Assembly (NCBI RefSeq): GCF_006345805.1
Contig: NW_021835689.1
Coordinates: forward strand, 1-39,154
DNA: 39,154 bases
DNA from: Octopus sinensis
Taxonomy: Eukaryota
Direction: 5' to 3'
The translations under genes and the position numbers were made by a program. The notes under the pieces were generated by a model. It made no database searches, was not told the DNA's origin, and worked only from the letters and a program-made list of their open reading frames with translations. This document shows, piece after piece, positions 32,301 through 39,154 of this stretch. Numbering within the stretch: position 1 is the first letter of the stretch; the number at the start of each line of letters is the position of its first letter.

Positions 32301-32657
32301 AACAATGGATGGTCATTCACTGCATCTGTTTCAGACATGTTTTATTTTGATGAACAGAAGTATATTGTCATGCAAAAAAAAAAAAAGAAGAAAAAAAACT
32401 GTTTTCATCAGGTGAATACAGGTAAGAATTAACAAGAAATAACTTTCCAAGAATGAGTACTCTCTGACTGAATTTGGATCAGTTGAGTTACCTGGCACTA
32501 TGAACTCATCCTTGAAATGTTCTAATTGTTAATTCCTACCTGTATTCATCAGATGAAAACAGTTTTTTGGGATTTTATTTTTTTGCATGATGGAATACTT
32601 CTGCTCATTATAAAAACATTTTCTGAAAGAGCTGTAGTGAACTACAATCCATCTGTT
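32301..32657. mobile_element. Fold-back element, approximately 135-bp arms, each arm an extended hammerhead relic
   Basis: Arms 32301-32435 and 32526-32657, 90-bp spacer. Minus 32315-32417: ATTCAC CTGATGA...GAAA CAGATG CA GTGAAT. Plus 32544-32642: ATTCAT CAGATGA...GAAA GAGCTG TA GTGAAC. Confidence 0.8.
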
Positions 32658-33026
32658 GTATTTATTCCTCACCTAACTTGGAACCTAAATTCTTATGTAT
32701 CTGGAATCGGTGGACAATGCTGCAATAGGTGCAGCAAGTGTACCCATGTGTGTCCTCGATGACTCATTGTGCATTCAGCCAGCCATTTTTGAATGTATGC
32801 ATAACTGGAAAACAATGTAATAGTACGTAAAAATCGTGTAGCAAAAACCCTTTCAGAGAGAAAAAAGTTGAAGGCTGCTTTTTCATATCTACAGGATACC
32901 ATGGGTTCACATACCATGGGGAGCTTACAACGTTTTCTGTCCAAAAGCGTCTTTCAACACAATATTTCTATGATATTATTCATGTCTTTGTGTGCTTCAA
33001 GATCCACTGTTCCAAAACAGAATAAC

Positions 33027-33094
<68 letters not shown>

Positions 33095-33400
33095 GTTTCC
33101 CCCTCCTGACTGAGGTTACCGTGGTCTTTTCTGTAGGCTTTTCTTCCCACGGATGAGCCTAATCTTGTTTCTTACTGTTAAAAAAATTTGTTTCTGTGAT
33201 ACACAATCCCTTTTGATTGCTTTTTTTCTTTTCTTTTTTTCCTTTTTTTCCGATCCCTTTTGATCGGAATTCTACATTTGTTTCCTTTTTTTCTTTTTCC
33301 ATCTCCAAAAAGAAAAGCTCTACATTTGTATTTGTCCCCTCTTTATTTTAGCCCTGTGTGGCCAATAAAGAAAGTTATCTATCTGTATATATATAATATA

Positions 33401-33770
33401 CTTAATATTTATGTTGCTGCAGTGGAGTCTATGCTGTTGTACGGGTCCAAGACTTGGACACTGGCCAAGAAATTCACTCAGATGGTGGATGGGTGCTACA
33501 CACATGCTGAAAATGGCTCTGAACATTAATCATTATACACTGAGGATGCAGAACTCTGAGCTTTACAAGAGCCTCCCAAAAGTTAGCTCAAAAATAACAC
33601 AGAGGTGACTGTGGTTTGCTGGACATGTTCACCATTATTCAGAGTTGATACTACACTCAATACTGCTGTGGGAGCCCCTACTCAGACACACTAGAAGTCA
33701 GAGACATGGATGAGACACAGGGCATGGCAGTGATGAGGGACAAAGGCTGCTGGAAAGAACTTGACCATGG
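33401..33770 (+). pseudogene. RTE-clade LINE ORF C-terminal relic (family distinct from 14010)
   Basis: VAAVESMLLYGSKTWTL..VDGCYTH/MLKMALNI...NSELYKSLPKVSSKITQR*LWFAGHVHH..ILLWEP; one frameshift and stops. Confidence 0.85.
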
Positions 33771-33851
33771 ATTTCAAGAATTTTACTTGTCCTAGAATGG
33801 AATACAATATTTACAAATGTATATATTTTTTCTTTCATATTTTTACTTATT

Positions 33852-33914
33852 TCTATCATCAAACTGCAGCCATGCTAGAGCACCACCTTCAAGAACCTAT
33901 TTATATTCATTTAC

Positions 33915-33969
<55 letters not shown>

Positions 33970-34599
33970 TAAGTCTGGTACTTACTCCATCTTTTTCTTT
34001 TGCCGAACCTCTAAGTTACCAGTCATGTAAGCACACCAACACCAGTTGCCAAGCAGTGGTCAGGGCAAATGCAGACACAATGATACACATGCACACACAC
34101 ACTTACCTACACACAGAGACACGCATACACAGAGACACGCACACACAGAGACACACACACATCATTAAATTTTTTGTATTCATTTTTTTTTATCTCTTAC
34201 TTATTTCAGTCATTTGACTGTGGCCATGCTGGGGCACTGCCATGAAGAACTTTTAGTCAAATGAATGGTCTCTGGTACTTTTTAAAAAAAAATTTTATAT
34301 ACCTTGTATTTATTTTATCAGTCTCTCTTGCCAAACTGCTAAGCCACAAGAACATAAATACACACACATATCTGTATGTGTTCTTTTTTACTTTTTTACT
34401 TGTTTCAGTCATTTGACTTTGGCCATGCTAGAGCAGCACCTTTAGTCGAACTAATTGACCCCAGGACTTATTCTTTGTAAGCCTAGTACTTATTCTATCC
34501 ATCTCTTTTTGGCAAACTGCTAAGTTACACGTACATAAATTCACCAACACTGGTTGTCAAGCAATGGTGGGGGACAAACACAGACACACAACTACACAC

Positions 34600-34636
<37 letters not shown>

Positions 34637-34853
34637 AATATATATATATATACATGTATATATGTATATATATGTGTGTGTATATATATATGATGGGCTT
34701 CTTTCAGTTTCATCTACCAAATCCACTCATAAGGCTTTGGTCAGCCCGAGGCTATAATAGAAGACACTTGCCCAAGGTGCCATGTAGTGGGACTGATCCC
34801 GGAACCATGTGGTTGGGAAGCAAGCTTCTGACCACACAGCCACTCCCGCACCT
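33852..34853 (-). mobile_element. Three head-to-tail SINE family A copies (33852-34080 and 34190-34370 are 3' parts; 34383-34853 is full length)
   Basis: Each has GCCATGCT(A/G)G(A/G)GCA and GCC(A/G)AAC/GGCAAAC..CTAAG. The last copy has the full head ending CCACACAGCCACTCCCGCACCT. Confidence 0.85.
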
Positions 34854-35279
34854 ACATGTATTTATACATTCACATCAACCATCTAAGCTTATCTTTCTAT
34901 ATATTTTATCTTTCTGTCTATCAGTCTGTCTGTCTGTTTGTCTACGTGCATCTCGGCAGATGCAGAGGAAACACTTAACACTGCTAGGATCGTGCGATAT
35001 CGATGCTGAGGATATAACAAGGCTACACCTCATAGCGACGACGAAGACGACGACGATGACGATGACGATGATGACGACGATGATGATGATGATGATGATG
35101 ATGTTGGTAACGAATAAAAACCCTACAAGCTATCATTCTTAAACGGTGTCTCCAGAGCTGCAAGAAATTTCGCGTGATTTGTGGCACATTTCCATCGTCG
35201 GCGTACGATATGTATGCTTGTCGACGTTGTTGTGTCTGTACAGACGGATGTGCGTATGTGTGCACGTCTACATACGCAT

Positions 35280-35942
35280 GTGTATCCCTCTTTCCCTTAC
35301 TCTATGCCCCGATGTCTATGTATTTGCGTCTATATGTACATGTGTATGCCATAATGTGTGTGAAAGTGCGTGTGCATATGCATTTGTGCACATTTCTCCC
35401 ATACTTTCATGTGTATGTTTTTGTGTCCCTATGCATTGTAGACATCTTTCTGTATATATATACATGTGTGTGTGTGTGTGTGTATTAATGTTTCTGTGGG
35501 CATCTGTATGTGTGTATGTATATGTATGTGTCTGTCTATATATATATACATTGCTTATACGTATCACTTTCTCCATGTGTGAGTGTATGTAAATGTGTAT
35601 GCGTGAGTTTGCATGTCTGTGTGCATATATGTATATATATATATATATATATGAGAGAGAAAGAGAGAGGAAAAGAAAATGTGTACGTGTTTGTGTGTGT
35701 ATGTGTCTGTGTTTTTATGTGTGCACGCACATGCAAGCGTTTGTACATGTGTGTGTGTGTGTGTGTGTGTGTCTATGTTGAATAGATAAAAGATTGCAGA
35801 CCAGTGTCCAGTGGCTGCTGGTTGGCTGGTCTGTCAGCTGGTTGCTTGGCTGGTTGGTGGAGTAGGTGGTGCTGGTGGTGGTGGTAGTGGTGGGGAGATG
35901 CTGGTAGGTCTTCAGTGCCAACTGGGAGACAAGAGTGGTGGT

Positions 35943-36001
<59 letters not shown>

Positions 36002-36152
36002 TGAGAGGGAGCTAGCCGAAAGTGGTAGAGTGGAGGGTTATGGCTATCTGCAAAGCAACTATGGAAAGCAGATAACCTACACACATAGGCATATACATAC
36101 ATACGTACATATAAATGTGTGTGTTATATATATATATATAGTCTATACATAC

Positions 36153-36185
<33 letters not shown>

Positions 36186-36193
36186 ATATGTAT

Positions 36194-36246
<53 letters not shown>

Positions 36247-36380
36247 ATATATATATATATAATATATATATATATAATTTTTACATATATATATATATAT
36301 ATGTATGTATATACTATATATGTATGTTATGTATGTATGTATGTATGTGTATGTGTGTGTGTGTATGCATTTGTTATCTT
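35280..36380. repeat. (GT)n/(TA)n/(GA)n microsatellite mosaic
   Basis: Direct inspection. Confidence 0.9.
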
Positions 36381-36429
36381 GCTTGGCTCTTGCTTTTTCC
36401 AATTTTCTTGCCATGCTTCTTGCATTGCC

Positions 36430-37310
36430 TCGCATGGCTATGTCTGTCCGTCTGTCCGTCTGTCCATCTGTCCGTCTGCCTGTCTCAGCTCCTCCAGTTT
36501 CCCTCTCTCTCTCTCTCTCTTCTTGTCTCTCGTTGTTTCGTATTGTCTTCTGTTGCAATCAACACATTCCAGCTGTCCTTTCTGATCCCCCCCCCCCCCA
36601 CCACACCCCCACACCCTCCATCCCCACCCTCCCTCACTCCCACCGCCACCCCCTAACCCCCCTGCCACTCATCCTATCCCTCTCCTGTTTTCCTTTTTGC
36701 CATTTCCTCTTCTCCTTCTCCTCCTCCTCCTCCTCTTCCTTCTTCTTCTTCTTCTTCTTCTTCTTCTTCTTCTACATCTTTTCCATTACCTTGTGTTCAT
36801 TTCCCTCAATTCCTCTTCCCCACCTCTCTCTTCATTATCTACTGCTTTCTCTCTCTCTTTCTCTCTCTCACTTTCTCCTTCTCTCTCTCCTCTTCTCTTC
36901 TCTCTCTTCCTCTCTATCTCAATTCGTTATCTATCACCTCTTCTTTTCTCTCTCTCCTTCTCTCTCAACCTCCCTCTCAGTTCATTATCTATCACCTTCC
37001 TTTTCTCTCTCTCTCTTTTCCCCTTCTCTCTCTTCCTCTCTCTCACTTCATTATCTATCTCCTCTCCTTTTTCTCTCTCTCTCTCACCTTCTCCTTCTCT
37101 CTCACCCTCTCTCTCAGTCCATTATCTATCACCTTGTTTCCTTCTCTCTCCCTCCCTCTCTCTCTCTCTCTCATTGCTTTCCTTCTCTCTATCTATATCT
37201 TCCTACTCATTCTTCTCTGTTTCTTGGGTGATTTTACCTTTTATTTATTTATTTTTCTTCATTTATCTTTATCTTTTTATTTATTGTTGTCTTTATTATT
37301 TTTTTCCCTT
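36430..37310. repeat. Polypyrimidine (CT/CTT/C-rich) tract
   Basis: Direct inspection; internal CATTATCTATC motif recurs. Confidence 0.9.
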
Positions 37311-37354
37311 CTTTTCAGTTCCTTAAGAAATACAGAAGAATGTGTGGCCCTTCC

Positions 37355-37371
37355 AGTGATGATGATGATGT

Positions 37372-37423
<52 letters not shown>

Positions 37424-38160
37424 GGTGGTGGTGGTGATGGTGGTGATGGTGCTGCTGTTGCTGCTGCTCACAGTTATGCTAGCAGTGGTAATGTTGTTGT
37501 TAATTAACCCCAGGTCAATGCTAGTAAGAACTATGATCAATACCATTCCATCCATGGCAATCCTTTTTGAAGTATATTTATAACTACATTATCCAATGTC
37601 ATTTCTTTGGCAATGGTAATCGTTACGACAGTGGTGCTTGAGGTGGTGGTGGTGGTGGTCATGGTGGTGGGTTGGCGGTACTGGATTTTGTTGCTGTTGT
37701 TGTTTAACACTGAGTCAGCCTTCAGCCTTAATAAAAAAAAAAACCCTCTGATCATAAACTTTCCAGCCATGCCCATCATGTCTTTTTGTATATCTATCAC
37801 TATCTAATCCCAAAGAGATCTTACCTTTTGTTTTGATATATGTTCGAGTATAATTTGAGGGAGAGATTTAGCTTCTGTTTTTGTAACAGACCAAACAACC
37901 AGCCCTGATGTGCCCCCCCCCCACTCCCTGTTGATATTATTATGCTGTGTGGTGGCATTAATGCTGATGTGAAGTGGCATGATCAATAACAGTGATGAGT
38001 GTTATGGAAAGCAGATAATAATGGGGTGAATAATAGTGGTGGTGGTGGTGAGGGTGGTGGTGATGATGATGTGGCAGTGGTAGTGGTGGTTGTCGTGATG
38101 GTAGTTGTAGTGATGGCTGTAATAATATTGACGATGACAGTGAGAGTGATGACAATTATT
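37355..38160. repeat. (GAT/GGT)n arrays with unique spacers
   Basis: Direct inspection. Confidence 0.8.
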
Positions 38161-38560
38161 ATTACGGTATCAGCTCTGGATTAAAGAACATTGCAAGCAG
38201 TCTAAAGCCTGTTCACAACCATCGTCATCATCAACCTAGACCATTAACATAGACCTTCTTTTTCAAACTGATTCAAAGCAGAATGGACAACCCTAATCAC
38301 TTCAGATTATCTCCTTAGACCACCACCTTCAGATTAAGATAGACTATGTAAAAATCATCATCTTCATTGTCTTTGACTATTTCCTTAGACCATTGATCAT
38401 ATAGACTAACTCTTTAGACCAAAACAACCCAAGACCACAAATTTAGATGCTTTGTATATCACCTTTGAATTTGTTAAATCAGGTTTATATTAGTTTAGAC
38501 TATTTTTGATCATCTCAGACATCAGACCATCATAGGTCACCTTAGTGGTGGGGGGCATGT

Positions 38561-39154
38561 AGGGGGCTAGGTAGCAGAATCATTAGTACATTGGGTAAAC
38601 TGCTTAGTGGCATTTTGTCTCTCTTAATGTTCTGAGTTCAAATGCTGCTGAGGTTGGCTTTGCCTTATATTATTTCGAGATTGATAAAATTGAATAGTTG
38701 AATTGGCTGGTTGATGTAATTGGCTTTTTCCCTCCCCTGAAATTGCTGGCCTTGTGCAAAAAATTGAAATCAGTATTTACCAAAGTAATTAGAGTAGGCT
38801 GGCAGAATCATTAAGCATGTGGAGCAAAATGCATAGTGGTATTTTGTCAGTATTTATGTTCTGAGTTCAAATTCCACCGACGTCTTCTTTGCTCTTCATC
38901 CTTTTGGGATCGATAGAATTGAATAATTGAGTACTAGGGTTGATTTAATCGACTTTTTCCCTCCTCCGAAATTGCTGGCCTTGTGTCAAAATTTGAAACC
39001 AATATTTATTGAAATAAACTGGGCAAGCTGGCTAAATTGTCAGCACATGGAGCACATTTTGTCAGCATTTACATTCTGAGTTCAAATTCCACTTGAGGTT
39101 TTCTTTGCCCTTCATCCTTTCAACATTGATGAAATAAGTACCAGTTACGCACTG
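38561..39154 (+). mobile_element. Three head-to-tail SINE family C copies, tail variant 2 (38561-38777, 38792-39007, 39020-window end)
   Basis: Each has (C/A)TTCTGAGTTCAAAT. The first two end TTTTTCCCTCC..GAAATTGCTGGCCTTGTG..AAAATT(T)GAAA. Confidence 0.85.

Noticed and set aside
36305-37326. 308-aa and 209-aa hydrophobic ORFs resembling membrane proteins
   Set aside because: Translations of (CT)n/(CTT)n tracts giving Leu/Ser/Phe runs.

Overview
AT-rich eukaryotic DNA saturated with microsatellites. The SINE families (tRNA-like heads, internal TA/CA tracts, CORE-like bodies) resemble those I recognise from Octopus, so a coleoid cephalopod source is likely; this is recognition, not a database result. 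I find no intact or recognisable host protein-coding gene: nearly all ORFs in the track are translations of simple repeats. Supportable content: about 25 SINE copies or fragments from four families (A-D, my labels); an internally deleted DD34D mariner with both TIRs and a TA TSD; two CR1-clade LINE 3' ends; two RTE-clade ORF2 fragments and three RTE-type tails; an R4/Dong-like zinc-knuckle relic; and a Helentron-type non-autonomous element. The most unusual signal is a dense set of type-I hammerhead-ribozyme (HHR) motifs of the kind associated with Penelope-like elements (PLEs). Six lie within 1.55 kb (28543-30086), and two of these (29006-29047 minus, 29997-30086 plus) keep every catalytic-core nucleotide. 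Further HHR motifs form the arms of fold-back elements at 28.5 kb, 32.3-32.7 kb and, more weakly, 22.2-22.4 kb. All alignments and pairings were made by eye.
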